DNA from: Octopus vulgaris
Taxonomy: Eukaryota
Length of the DNA: 64,000 bases
Direction of reading: 5' to 3'
Assembly (NCBI GenBank): GCA_951406725.2
Contig: OX597826.1
Coordinates: 36,208,001 to 36,272,000, forward strand
The notes beneath the pieces were generated by a model, which saw nothing but the letters and a program-made list of their open reading frames with translations, made no database searches and was not told the DNA's origin. Positions 13,531-26,540 of this stretch are shown piece by piece; position 1 is the stretch's first letter, and each line of letters opens with the position of its first letter. The translations under genes and the position numbers were made by a program.

Positions 13531-13786
13531 AAGGTTAAAGTGTCCTTCTCAAGCCCTATGGACTCCTAAGGGCTAGTTTCACAGTTTCTAAGGTCTATAA
13601 ATACTTACCCCCAGGATGGGACATCAGTCCATCGCAGGATTAACTCCTTTTTACCAGGTGGGTGGACTGGAGCAACGTGAAATGAAGTGTTTTGTTCAAG
13701 AACACAGTTCATTTCCCAGTCCAGGAATTGAAATCATAATGTTACAATCATGAGCCCAACACCCTAACCACTCAGCCATGCACCTT
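13531..13786 (-). mobile_element. tRNA-derived SINE family D
   Basis: Minus head catggctgagtggttagggtg...ttcaattcc, then gtgttcttgaacaaaacacttcatttcacgttgctccagtccac; shares ctggagcaac with the 30.6 kb copy. Confidence 0.75.
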
Positions 13787-14046
13787 CATCGTGAGAGTTA
13801 ATTGTTTCAATGAAATTCACCCCAGAATGATGAAAGAGAGTTGACATGGTTGGGATTTGAATTGCAAGTGTAAAGGGCTGAAGCTAAACACCAAAAGACA
13901 TTTTGTCAAGTCATTTCCTCCTCCTCCTCCTCATCATCATCATCATCGTCATCATCGTCATCATCGTCATCATCATCATCATCATCGTCATCATCATCCT
14001 CATCGTCATTATCGTTGTCATCATCATCATTATCATCATCATCATC

Positions 14047-14240
14047 ATTTAGTGTCTGTTTTCCATGCTGGCATGGATTGGATGGTTCAAAATGATCCAA
14101 CAAAGGTGGCAGACTGCCTTGAACTTCAATATCTGCTTCTACAGGATTTCTATAGTAAAATGGCCTTCCTGGCGCCAACCATTTTACAGAGTGTACTGGG
14201 TACATTTTTATATAGTACCATCACTAGCAAGGTCACCAAG
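14047..14240 (-). mobile_element. SINE-like family C, diverged
   Basis: ttttccatgctggcatgg...ccttcctggcgccaacca next to a (CAT)n tract. Confidence 0.7.
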
Positions 14241-14551
14241 TACCAAGTATTAGAAGACAAAAAGAGTATTAGAGGACAAAAAGGAACTGGTAATGATATG
14301 AATGGTGGTCTCCTGGAATCTCTGCCATGAGGTTCCTCGTGTTACCACAGAACTCAGACATTGATGTTCCCTGTGATATCTTTTCTTCCATGGATGATAT
14401 TACCTGGAGAGTAGTCCGGTTGGTCATTAGTCATTGATATGAATCTGCTCCCATCAGCTAAGAAGACAGTCCATCACTATATCCTTCACTGCATCTTTAT
14501 CAGCTTGCTGGATCATAAAAGGGGTTTTCAGGCAACGAAGACAAAGCTGGA

Positions 14552-14771
14552 TTAACCAGCCATACCCAGCCCAAATATTCTACCTGTTTTATATCAAAAC
14601 TGGATAGATCCAGCCTCTCACACCTACTTTCTAAAATGTCATTCTAAAAATGAACAATCACAGCATCAAAGTCTTGAAGCTGCAAATTAATATGATGATT
14701 AATTTAATTAAAAATGATGGGAATAAATAAGCATTACATTAGGCAGTGTAATCTGCATGCCAAAGAGTTAA
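14552..14771. mobile_element. piggyBac-type MITE (~220 bp, one end eroded)
   Basis: Ends ...atgccaaagagTTAA (CCC/GGG-TTAA type terminus); non-coding; resembles a recalled abundant octopus MITE. Confidence 0.6.
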
Positions 14772-15736
14772 TAATGAAAAGGACTGTGTGTCGGAAGGAC
14801 GTTGAAGAAGTACTTAGTGTGGTGAGGATTGGTGGTCGTATCTAAGACCTCACTGAACCTCAGCCTAGACAATGGGGATATTCATTGATTTATTCAAATA
14901 ATTCAATGGATCAAATGACTGGAAACCCTTTGCAGAAACCAACAGAGAATCCATTATCTCCACATTTTGATTAAAATATTGAATTCTTGTGATTCCCATT
15001 TTTCTGTTTATTTTCAGCAGAAAACTGAAAAGATCTGAGAGAAAATGTGAGGAATTAATGAGAAAAAAAACTAAATAATCTGTAAAATGATATGTACTAA
15101 ATATTTTTACCATTCACAATGTTGAGATTAAATTGTTTTCTGCCAGAACAAATCTTTGGTATCTTTCAATAATTAGGCACAATAGTTAAGTAGCAGAATC
15201 CTTAGTTCATTAGTTTCTATTCTGATGCCATCATTGTGTTCTGTCTTTTACAAACACACTTAAATCCACTTGTCCAACAGAATGTTTTTCCTCTAATTAC
15301 TAAATCCTTCTTTATTCAAACTGAAATCTGAGAATTGTTTTGTTTTAGTTTTATTCATTTTATTTTGTCTTGTTTTGTTTCTCATTTAAATTTTTCTTAC
15401 CTGAGATGAGGTTTATATTTTTGAATTTTTATTATTTCTTTTAATGATACTTTAATTAGAGTTTGTTAGGCAATTTTCACCACCACCACCACTACCATCG
15501 CTAAACCACTACTCCTACTACTACAAAGGTGGTGATGATGACGATGATGATTATGGTGATGACACCAGTGCCAACAATGATGACACTGAAGACGAAGATG
15601 ATAATGATAATGACAATGATGATGATGTGAACAATGATGAGAACAACAATGGCAATGACGATTATAACAACAACAATGATGGTACTAATGATAATGATGA
15701 TGATGTCAGTATCACAAGGGTTATATTGATTTAAAA

Positions 15737-15942
15737 TTTTGACACAATGCCAGCAATTTCAGGTGTGTAGGTGGGGGGATAAGTCGATTATATCGACCCC
15801 AATACTCAATGGATTCTTATCTCACCGACCCTGAAAGGATGAAAGCAAAGTGGACCTCAATAGAATTCGAACTCAAATTTAAAGATACACTGAATGCCAC
15901 TAAACATTTTGCCCATCACAGTAACAATTCTTCCAACTCCCC
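15737..15942 (-). mobile_element. SINE family B copy
   Basis: aagtcgattatatcgacccc...gaccctgaaaggatgaaagcaaag... Confidence 0.8.
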
Positions 15943-16565
15943 TCCTGGCACAACCATTTCATTCTTTTACCGTTTATCTTTTCCTTGTTTCAGTCATTAG
16001 ACTGTGAACATGCTGATAATATTTCATTTGACATCAGATTTACTCCATATAAAACAAAGAATGGTATCAGCGTTTTTAGCCTTATTCAATTAAAGCAATT
16101 AATTTAGGGAAAATAAATTTGAATTACTAGAAAATTATGACAGTTCAACTTTTACAGAACACACCATTAAATAAACTATTAACAATGGAAGCAGTACTGA
16201 TTCCAAATGACAGTCTTCATATTCTGCTTGAAGAAATATTGGTAGCAGACAGGAATCATCAAGCACCAGTGGTGATATTCTTAGATCACATGATTTCAGC
16301 ATCATTTTGTTTCAGCAGCAGCAGTAGCAACAGCAGCAGCATCTGCTCACCGCATGTAAGTCAAATCTTGCAGTCACTGATATAAAAAAAATCAGTGACA
16401 GTTCTGTCACTGATGTTGCAAAAAGCCAGTAGGATGGCCTGAAGAATAAACCTATCACCTGATGCTATAATACCATAAATCCCTTTATCCTTTTACTTAT
16501 AATGATATACCATAAATCCATACACTGGATTTAACAATAATCTATCCTTAAAACGTATGCACGTA

Positions 16566-16724
16566 TACATCATTTATACTATTCACATTTGATGGATATT
16601 TGTCCTCATCTTGTTTCAGCTGATATACCCTCAGGTGTCTTGGGGAAATTTTGAACCTGGGTTCTCATTTCTAAGGTTTTCTTTTTTCCCAATGTAATTA
16701 TTATTACTATTATTATTATTATTA

Positions 16725-16759
<35 letters not shown>

Positions 16760-16911
16760 GTTATTATTATTATTATTATTGTTATTATTATTATCATCAT
16801 TATTAGTTATTATTATTATCACCATTGTTATTATTATTCTTATTCTTATTGGAATTGGACTTGGAATCTTGGGGTTAGTAGCCCATGCTCTTAACCACTA
16901 TGCCATATGCC
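16566..16911 (-). mobile_element. Family H element, left arm of inverted dimer
   Basis: Reverse complement gives head ggcatatggcatagtggttaagagc, (TAA)n tract, ccttagaaatgagaacccagg and tail. Confidence 0.88.
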
Positions 16912-16983
16912 TGTGGTTAAGAGCGTGTGTTACTAACCCCATGATTCTGAGTTCGATTCTAGGCAGTGACTTGAATAATAATG

Positions 16984-17037
<54 letters not shown>

Positions 17038-17201
17038 TCAAGAAAAGAAAAAAACCTTAGGAAGGAGAACCCAGGTTTGAAATTTCTTCAATACACCTGA
17101 TGAAGGCTGGAGGGTATATCAGCTGAAACAAGATGAGGACAAATATCTGTCAAATGTAAATAATGTAAATAATGTACCTCATCTCTTAAATATAGAACTG
17201 T
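16912..17201 (+). mobile_element. Family H element, right arm of inverted dimer
   Basis: gtggttaagagcg...gagttcgattct...(TAA)n...acacCTGATGAaggctggagggtatatcagctGAAAc...aatatagaactgt. Confidence 0.9.
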
Positions 17202-17358
17202 ATCATACACACACACATGTATTTATATCCCCGTATGTGTGTGTGTGGGTGCTTGGGTGTATGTGTGTGTATATAGTAATGTATATAGTAATATTTGGGG
17301 ATTGTCCAACACACAATTTCACATCAAGAACCTTCCAAAACAAACACATAAATATATA

Positions 17359-18620
17359 TTCTTTTATTCTTTTATTTGTTTCAGTCATCTGACTGTGGCC
17401 AGGCTGGCGCATTGCCTTGAAGGGTTTTAGGTGAACAAAAATCAACCACAGGATTTATTTCTTAAGCCTAGTACTAATTCTATCGATCTCTTTTGCTGAA
17501 CTATTAAATTATGGGGATATAAACACACCAACACCGGTTGTGAAGTGGTGATGGGGGAACAAACACAGACACAAAGACACACACACATTGGCATATACAT
17601 ATTTTCAAACAGGGTGCCGTGAATATACTGTCGTCTCAATTATGCAAAAATGAAAATAACTCTGACGTCTCATTGTAATAGATATATTTACCAAAATTAC
17701 ATAAAAATATCTTCAAATACTAAAGAGGAAATTTATTCAATAAACTCACCATTGGCTTCAACCATGGCCTCCAGACAACTTTGCAATCTCCTGCAACTCT
17801 TCTGGATGATCTCCTTGTTTAAGTTGGTGATTGCTGCCATAATCCTTGCCTTCCATCTTTGGTGTTAAAAGGAGTTTTGTTGATCTCTTGCTCAGCTGCG
17901 CCCCACACAAAATAATCAAAGGGGTTGCAGTCTGGGTAAATTAAGTGGCTAGATGTTAGGGGTGATGTGGTCACAGAAATTGTCTGACAGCCATGACTGG
18001 GTTCCCCTGCTTGTGTGACATGGTACAGAGCCCTGTTGCCAGACATAGGCTCTTCCAGCAGCCACCCTCTTGACCCAGGGCAACACTACCTCATCCAGGC
18101 ACTTGATGTAGGCTTGCATGTTGAGTGTGAGGCTGTGTGGGAAGAAGAATAGAGGCATAACGTTGCCATCACTGGTGATCACTCGAAACACAATGATATT
18201 GACTGGATGCTTGATTTTTATCACTTGGTAGATGTCCTCAGATTGACACCCAAACACTCTGGAATGTTCATATTAGAGCTTCCAGCATGAATGCCAAGTA
18301 GTACAGCATGCCATTTCCAAATTTCTGGCAGAGTGAATTGTGTCATAATGCTGTGTTTCTCACAGACAGTGCCCAACTGACCCTACTTTACTGTGTAGCT
18401 GCCAAAATTAAAAGCAAACAATGTGCATGTGCGAAATTAAGAATATGCGACAATTCACCCATCGCACCCTGTATACATATGATGGGCTTCTTTCAGTTTC
18501 TGTCTACCAAATCCACTCGCAAGTCATCGGTTGGCTCAAGGCCATAGCAGAAACATCTCCCCAAGATGCCATGCAATAGGACTGAACCTTGAACCATGTG
18601 GTTGGGAAGTAAGCTTCTTA
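17359..18620 (-). mobile_element. SINE family A split by a DNA transposon
   Basis: 3' half 17359-17590 and 5' half ~18478-18620 flank the DD37D element. Confidence 0.8.
17610..18471 (-). mobile_element. Internally deleted DD37D/maT-type Tc1/mariner element
   Basis: Imperfect TIRs cagggtgccgtg...tgtcg / cgaca...gcaccctg; protein KHPVNIIVFRVITSDG, VWQQGSVPCHTS, PDCNPFDYFVWG. Confidence 0.85.
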
Positions 18621-18867
18621 TATACTTATTATTATTCTTATACAATAATGTCATTAATAGTGACATTTTGGCCAGTTAAGCCATCATTGGAAAGCACAAT
18701 TGGACAGCACAATTGGACAGCACACTTCAAAGTCACTGTCAACAACATTCTTTTATAAGAACACTAAATTTGTACTTTAGAAAAATATAGAGTAAGCCAT
18801 CAGATTAATATAAAATTGTTTTTATTATGATTGAACTTAAAAGCAAAAATTACTATATTATATAACA

Positions 18868-19427
18868 TATGGTATAATTATAAACAGGTCAAATTTTAGC
18901 CATTTCTCTGCAGACTGAAAAAGATGATAACCTTAATTGATTTTCAAGCCTTATTGGGGTCTCATCAGAGGCATCCACATCTTTCTGACAATCTCCAGAG
19001 AAACAAGTAGGCAAAAATGAAAATAACATTGATGCCTCATCTTAACAGATGTATTTACCAAAATTACATAAAAATATCTTAAAATACTAAAGAGTAAATT
19101 TGTTGAATAAAGTTTCCAATGAAACAAGCAGCCAAACTGTTTATATACTCAAGAAATGCAGCAGTTACTCTATGAAGGAATCCCTAATTTGCATACCAAA
19201 AGTGTTAAACACTCTATAAATGACCAGTGGCCTGTCAATTGGGATCTTAGTTCACACAGTATCAAGGTATGATGTAATAAGTGATCTATGGTATTATCTT
19301 AAACTGGGCAAATTTTAGCCATTTCCCTGCAGACTGAAAAAAAATGATGAACAACCTTGATCGATTTTCAATCCTTATTGGGTTCTCATCAGGGGCGTCC
19401 ACATCATTCTGACAGTCTCCAGAGAAA
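18868..19427 (-). mobile_element. Two ~135-bp direct repeats each with a hammerhead-like core (Penelope pLTR-like)
   Basis: Repeats 18868-19003 and 19287-19427; minus strand CTGATGA gaacccaataaggatt GAAA atcgaTC. Confidence 0.7.
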
Positions 19428-20827
19428 TATATATATTTCATAGGGTCTTACATACAGTTCCCATCTATTAAAAGTAGAACATACTTGCTGAAAATGCCAT
19501 ACTATAGAACCAAGCCTTAGAACATGCGAAGCACCTGATCATACAGAGATGCCCACCCCTATAATATTCCTAAATCACAACAATGGTTTGTCATGTTCTA
19601 CTCTCCTCTTCCTTCTCCTCATCACTCACCAGAAAGTTGGCAGAATGGGATGAGGGTAATAAAAGTCAGTTGAGGTGTTTGTGTTGAGATTGGTGTTTGT
19701 AATTAGGTCTTAGTTTATAGCTGTTGATTAATAATCTCATTAATCAATATTCAGATTGTTATTGTTGTTGTAAATTCATGGTGTGTATGTCATGTGTGTT
19801 TTAGAAGAGTTACACTTGTCTGTCGGATGAAAGAACTAAATCAGTCGACAACAGGAAGAACATCCAAACTTAGAATGCGGCCCTCACAAAACTTTTCGGC
19901 CCTCATGTGACAAAAAGAAGATAAAAGACTGCTGCTGCTGCAATTCTTCCTGTAATTGCTGCTGCTGCTGATGATATAATTCCATGCTATTGTTGTTGCT
20001 GCTGTTCTTCCATTGCTGCTGCTGCTGCTGTTATTTTTATTTAGTCCCATATCAAACAGGCTTATAAACAAAAGACAGTCCAGTAGAGGCCATCCAGTCT
20101 GTTTAAGGTTCTCTAGTGCTACATTACATTGCGTTCTCATTTTCAAGCCAACAGGGGCTTAAATGTAGTGGACAATTAGCTGCTATTTCTAGCAGGTAAA
20201 AACAACCATGTAAAGACACCTCTCTCACATTTTGATTCTCTGTCAAGTTAGAAGTGTACTGATTCAGCAAGCACACACGTTGAGGTATCTTATAAAGTCT
20301 GAACTGTTTATAGATGGAAATTAATTTAGTAATTATCAGGTATCATGCAACATTAGGTTCCACAATCCATGAATTCCAAGCTAATATAGAATCAACTATC
20401 GATAGTCAAATGCAATTGACCATGTACACATCTGGATTGTCATAGGTAATTGGTTTGGAGCCAAGCTTCAGTGTTTGAGTGTTAATTCTGATTATAGACA
20501 GTCTGTGTAAATCTGTGCATATGTTTGTCTGCGTTTTACTGAATTTAGTCTCATAAGCTGAGCAGATAATGGAGTCGTTATATAAAGATAGTCCCGTCTA
20601 GTTAATCGAATTGTTTAGAATATTGTTAGACTGTTGAAACATTTGTTATCGGTTTCTTGATAGCGAAAATTAATTCAACGTGTAAAGTGGATGATGGTTT
20701 TTGTTGCAAAAGTGTAATTGAATCATATTTGAAGCTTGAAACATCCGAGATGGTGAAAGCCGTCTCTGATAAATACACACACACATGCACACACGCGCAT
20801 ACAGGTTAGGCAGAACTCAAAACAAGA

Positions 20828-20866
<39 letters not shown>

Positions 20867-20893
20867 AATACATACATTATTCTTATATATATG

Positions 20894-20964
<71 letters not shown>

Positions 20965-20984
20965 GCATATATATGAAATCTCTA

Positions 20985-21130
20985 TTTATTTTCTTGTGTT
21001 CCTTCCTGTTGAAGAGCATAGGCCCGAAATGTAAAAGACTTTCTCGCCTTCCCGACTGTCAAACTAATACACCTGCTTATTGTTTATGCCCCTGTCTTCG
21101 TTTTTTTTGTTTTCTGTAAATTTCAACTAT
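20985..21130 (+). mobile_element. Penelope-type terminal fragment with variant hammerhead motif
   Basis: CTGTTGA agagcataggccc GAAA tgTA aaag followed by a T-rich tail, next to a TA microsatellite. Confidence 0.55.
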
Positions 21131-22659
21131 GTATATATACATATATATTACCTGTTGTTTTGTCATTCATAAGTCATCAATTAAACAGAGATGTGTCTCC
21201 TGCATAAAGTAAGATGAACTCAAGTAAAATAATAAAAAAGAACAGGTTAATTAGAGAAGTGCAAAGAATCAGAATTGCACCTACATATATTTTATAGAAG
21301 TTTTGTTACTCCTCTGGTACCAAAGGTTTCCTGTTGACAGAAATCTTTTTTGTTTTTGCAACAAGGATTCAAAATACATAAGATACATAAGGTATTTTGT
21401 ACTTTGATCCAAAAATTGCTGATCTCTGTTATCAGAAACTTATGCACATGTATGTATACACACACACATGCATGCATGTGCACATATGCAAACACTGTTG
21501 TGTCTCTGTTTTTGTTTGTGTTTCACTAGAGGTCATTTAAAGTGTTATCTTCTGTCTTTAATTCAAAAACTAAAGCGTTTTGCTAGGTGATATCTTTTTC
21601 TTTCTTTTTCCTTCTTTCTTTTCTTCTTTCTCAATACAGAAAATTGGAAATTTCCTCTGACTTCACAAACATTACTTGACTTTCCATCTATTGAAAACGT
21701 ATTTCACACTCTTTTATCCCTGAAAAATATTTTCCTTTTCACTTCTAATTTCTTCGTTTTCATCTTCTCTGAATTCTTTTTGATTTATGAGTTATTCAAA
21801 TATTCTGTTTAATTATGCAGCGTTATTTGGACAGTTGTATCTCCATCCTAAATATTTGAGCAAATCCGTGAATACAGAAGAAATAGCACCATAAACAAAT
21901 AGCTGACATTGAACATAATAGATGGTAATGAGTTCCAAATTTATCCATTTCTTCTTTTCTGCACAACTTGGAAATAATGTTGTATTTTTAATCTTTCTGA
22001 AACGCCACCTCTCGTTACCGATCTTTAACTTGAGTTCAACTTTCTAGATTTTGAATTTTAAGTCATGTGATATCATTGAACATCGATATTTCTAGAAAAA
22101 TGAAAAAAAAAAAGAAAAGAAAAGCAGGCAACAAAACTGTGGAAGAATTTTTGCTTTTGTTTTTTTTTTTATTTTTGTTTCTGTTGAATTTATTTATTTA
22201 TTTATTTATTTGGTTGTTATCAATGGATGTTGCATTTATGCAGACTCATGATTCGACTTTGGAAAGGTGTGGGTGAGGGAGAAGGGAAGAGGAGGAGAAA
22301 AGATTAGTAACATAATAAGATAAAGAAGGATGGAGATGAAGGAAAGTAAAGAGAGAGAGAGAGAGAGAGAGAAGTGAAGGAGAAGGAGAGTAAATATGGA
22401 AGATATTTGATAGAGGAAATAACAGAAAGAATATACATATTTACATCTATATTTGTTTGTGTGTTTGTGTACATGTATGTATATGTACACACACATGCAT
22501 GCACACACACACACACACACGCACACACAGATACATGAAGAGATAAAGAAAGTGAGAGTAATAAACAAACAGACAGGCAGGCAGATGCACAGACAGACGG
22601 ACTGACAGATGGACAAACAGCTGAACAGACAGGTGGGTGAGTGGACAGACAGACAGACA

Positions 22660-22805
22660 GACAGATAGACTGGTAGATAGGTAGATATATAGACAGATAG
22701 ATAGATTGATAGAGATAGATAGGTAGGTAGGTAGGTAGATAGATAGATAGATAGATAGATAAATAGATATGTAGATAGGCAGGCAGATTGATAGATCGAT
22801 CGATC

Positions 22806-22865
<60 letters not shown>

Positions 22866-22909
22866 TAGATAGATAGGTAGGTAGATAGATAGATAGATAG
22901 GTAGGTAGT

Positions 22910-22984
<75 letters not shown>

Positions 22985-23005
22985 GTAGATAGACAGATAG
23001 GTAGG

Positions 23006-23065
<60 letters not shown>

Positions 23066-23070
23066 CAGAC
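22660..23070. repeat. (GATA)n/(GGTA)n/(GACA)n tetranucleotide array
   Basis: Seen directly; source of the 292-aa YLSI-repeat ORF. Confidence 0.97.
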
Positions 23071-23826
23071 AGAGGCCATGAAGGAGTGAAGGTGATAGGG
23101 GGAAGATATTGCAAAGAGGAGGAAATGTAAGAGAAGTAAAATGTAAAAAAATTGCAAGAAATGAGAATTATACATTTTAGAGGAGAGAGAAGAAATCATG
23201 CAGAGAAATACTGAAGAACAAAAAGGTATCAGGGAGAAGGAAGAAGAGAAGAAGAAAGTGGTGAATGAGGAGGAGGAGGAGTGGGTAAAAGAAGAAGAAG
23301 AGGAGTTGACACTAGAATGAATGAAAGAAGAAATAATACAAGAATGGAAGGGATGATAGTTCTTCCAAATATCAAACTAAGAATCATGGGAAGAATTTAA
23401 AGAATAATTTCAGCAAAGCATCCTAATGTTTTAAACATTCATTCTAAAATTGTACATGATGGTCAATTGATGGACGCTTATTAGAGGAGTTGGTACATGT
23501 CTTGTGGTAATTATCATGGTTTTGTGTTCTGTGTTTGAATCCTACTGATGTCACATTTTTATTCCTCGTCTGTCAGTAAATAATCTACTTGTGTGGAATG
23601 TTGATAAAGATGAATTTGAGAACTTTATTGTTCCAAGTGACCTATTAAAGGTTTGTTATACAGAACAGGTTATATTAGAACATGTCTATTTTTTTTTTTA
23701 CATCCCCAGGCCTATTCTCCATTCTTTTAGGAGGGGGTAGCCACAACAAGACACTCACCAGGCATTCCATTTATTTCCCAGCTCAAAGAGGTGAGCCCCG
23801 TCCTATACTCAGGTCAAAGCATAAAA

Positions 23827-24527
23827 CGCAGTCTTCTTGCACCTACAGAGTATCTCAACAAGCATAATAGAACAGCACAACATATTCACTGGGTAATTTG
23901 CAAAAACCTGGACTTGCCCCATGATAAAAACTGGTGGGAACACAAACCACCTCCAGTGCTTAAAAATGATCACATCTCATTCCTCTAGAGCTTTACCATT
24001 CAAACTGACAGAAAGATAGATGCAAATAGGCCAGACATTATATTGAAAAATTTCAGACAAAAATCATGCCTCCTCATTGATATGGCTGTCCCAATCAACA
24101 TAAATGTATCTGTCAAGACCTACCAAAAACTGAGCAAATATAAAGATCTTGAAATAGAAATTAGCAAAATGTGGAACCTCAAGATTAAAACAATACCTGT
24201 TGTCATAGATGCCCAAGGAATGATAGCAAAAGGGGCTGATCGCTATCTGGCTCAGATACCAAGAAACCCCAAAATGGCAGAAATTCAAACGATAGTGCAC
24301 ATGGGAACTGCCCATATCCTATGTAAAATACTATGTAATCTCAAATTTTAAAACAAACTCATAATTTTCTTCTGGTTTCTTAAACATTCTCTAGAACAGT
24401 ACTTTGTGCAAAACCAAATATATGACACCCTAGGCATAACACCAACATGAACTTCTAACTTGTCTCTTGAGGTCTCTGGGTGAAACTTAGAACCAACTGG
24501 TACAAATACAAAGCAAAAGTCAAACAT
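23827..24527 (+). mobile_element. R4/Dong-clade non-LTR retrotransposon 3' fragment (restriction-like endonuclease domain)
   Basis: EYLNKHNR..HW.IC, TDRKIDANRPDII, IDMAVP, KLSKYKDL, GTAHIL; the 3' UTR ends in (TAA)n, the known Dong target. Confidence 0.9.
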
Positions 24528-24560
24528 ATAATAATAATAATAATAATAGTAATAATAATA

Positions 24561-24614
<54 letters not shown>

Positions 24615-24639
24615 AAATAATATATATTAATAATATATA

Positions 24640-25090
24640 AGGGTTTGTGACTATGGTCCTTGCAGGCCTCCTTAGGCTGATGAAATCAATGGCATTAATG
24701 TTCCACCTGAACATTTGTAAATCAAAACTTGTGGGAAAAATGCGAACAGGAAGAGAATTCCACAGGAACGATGTTTTAAAAGGGACAGACTGTGTGTAGT
24801 GTTTATAGTAGAGGGTCAGGGGCCTCTCATTCTACATAATGACAATGATAGTAGAAAGGGAGATGCGTGGGCCAGGATTGTTTGAGTGGGGTTGCATGAG
24901 TTAAGCCAGTTCTAAGGAATAAAGACTATTATTGTAGCTGTAGAAACGTCAGAGAGAAGACGTCGATGGGTCAGAAGCTGGTGCATGTCTGAGAGTGAAT
25001 GCTGTTCAGTTGAGTGACCCTCTTCTGGATGAAGTCTAAGATGTCCGAAACAGTAGCAGCACTGTCCCAGCTGTGAAAGCAATATTCCAC
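24640..25090 (-). mobile_element. CR1/L2-group LINE ORF2 3' fragment
   Basis: VEYCFHSWDSA...LDFIQKRV, LTHRR, FYSYNNSLYSLELA, KTSFLWNSLPVRIFPTSFDLQMF. Confidence 0.82.
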
Positions 25091-25907
25091 AGCAGCAGCA
25101 ACATCATTGCAATCGTCTTCATAGCTGTCACCATCCTCATCCTCATCACCATCATCATCATCATCATCATCATGATCATTGTCCTTATTATCGTCGTCGT
25201 CGTCATCGTCACCCTCCTCCTCCTCCTCCTCCTCATCATCATCATCATCATTATCATTGTTATCATCATTCTCAAATCACACATTATTTTTCTGCAATAT
25301 GAATATGTTGATCAAAGCAATTTTGTTGCATCTGGTACAATAAGATCATCAGATTTTTCACTGAAGCTGGTACCAAACAATTTCTACATTTGCGATTTTA
25401 ATTACAAACTTTGGGTGGGTTGGTACACAGAATTCACAAATAACTGAGATTTAGATAATTCGGGAAGGGTTAATATGAAATTGCTTAAACAGTTGGGATT
25501 AATTATTTGAAACGTGTTGCTATCAAGCACGTTAAATATTGGAGGGTCAAAAATCTTGGCTTAAAACTGTGACTATTGCATTTCTCAGTTTTTGCTAAAA
25601 CTAACTAAAAGTGTACTTTAAATGTATGTACTTTAGAGAGTATAAAGTCTGAATACAGTGTTAATACAAAGGCAAGGTAAATTATACAATGCATAAAATA
25701 GATGTACGATGTGTTTCCATACGTCTTTTGGACATTGGTTTTAGTTTTTATGGTAAAAAAGCAAAAACAAATCAAAACGAAACACATTATTATCTGTCAG
25801 CTCATAGCTCATATTCAGTTGTATTTCTGTGGTTAGTTGGTTATTTACTGCAGATAATATTGTCTTTCTCTGCAATCTTTATCATCTTTTTCTACCATAT
25901 ATATATA

Positions 25908-26079
25908 GGTGCAGGAGTGGCTGTGTGGTAAGTAGCTTGCTAACCAACCACATGGTTCGGGTTCAGTCCCACTGCATGGCATCTTGGGCAAGTGTCTTCT
26001 GCTATATATCCCCGGGCCGACCAATGCCTTGTGAGTGGATTTGATAGACGGAAACTGAAAGAAGCCTGTCGTATATATG

Positions 26080-26116
<37 letters not shown>

Positions 26117-26329
26117 ATATGTTTGTGTGTCTGTGTTTGTCCCCCCACCGCCGCTTGACAACCGATGCTGGTGTGTTTACGTCCCCGTCACTTAGCGGTT
26201 CGACAAAAAGAGACCAATAGAATAAGTACTGGGCTTACAAAGAATAAGTCCCGGGGTCGATTTGCTCGACTAAAGGTGGTGCTCCAGCATGGCCGCAGTC
26301 GGATGACTGAAACAAGTAAAAGAGAGTAA
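25908..26329 (+). mobile_element. SINE family A, intact copy
   Basis: A-box-like tggctgtgtgg, ggttcagtccc, internal (TA)/(TG) linker, tail gactgaaacaagtaaaagag; near-identical to the 63427 copy. Confidence 0.92.
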
Positions 26330-26448
26330 TATATAAATGCGTGTGTGTGCGTATGTGTGTGTGTGCATATTTGTGTGTGTATACACACATATATGTGTAT
26401 ATATGTCCATATATACATCTATGTATATATGCACATATATATATATAT

Positions 26449-26540
<92 letters not shown>

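Noticed and set aside
21600-22090. Possible LINE C-terminal zinc-knuckle remnant on the minus strand
   Set aside because: It needs multiple frameshifts and the similarity is too weak to support by eye.
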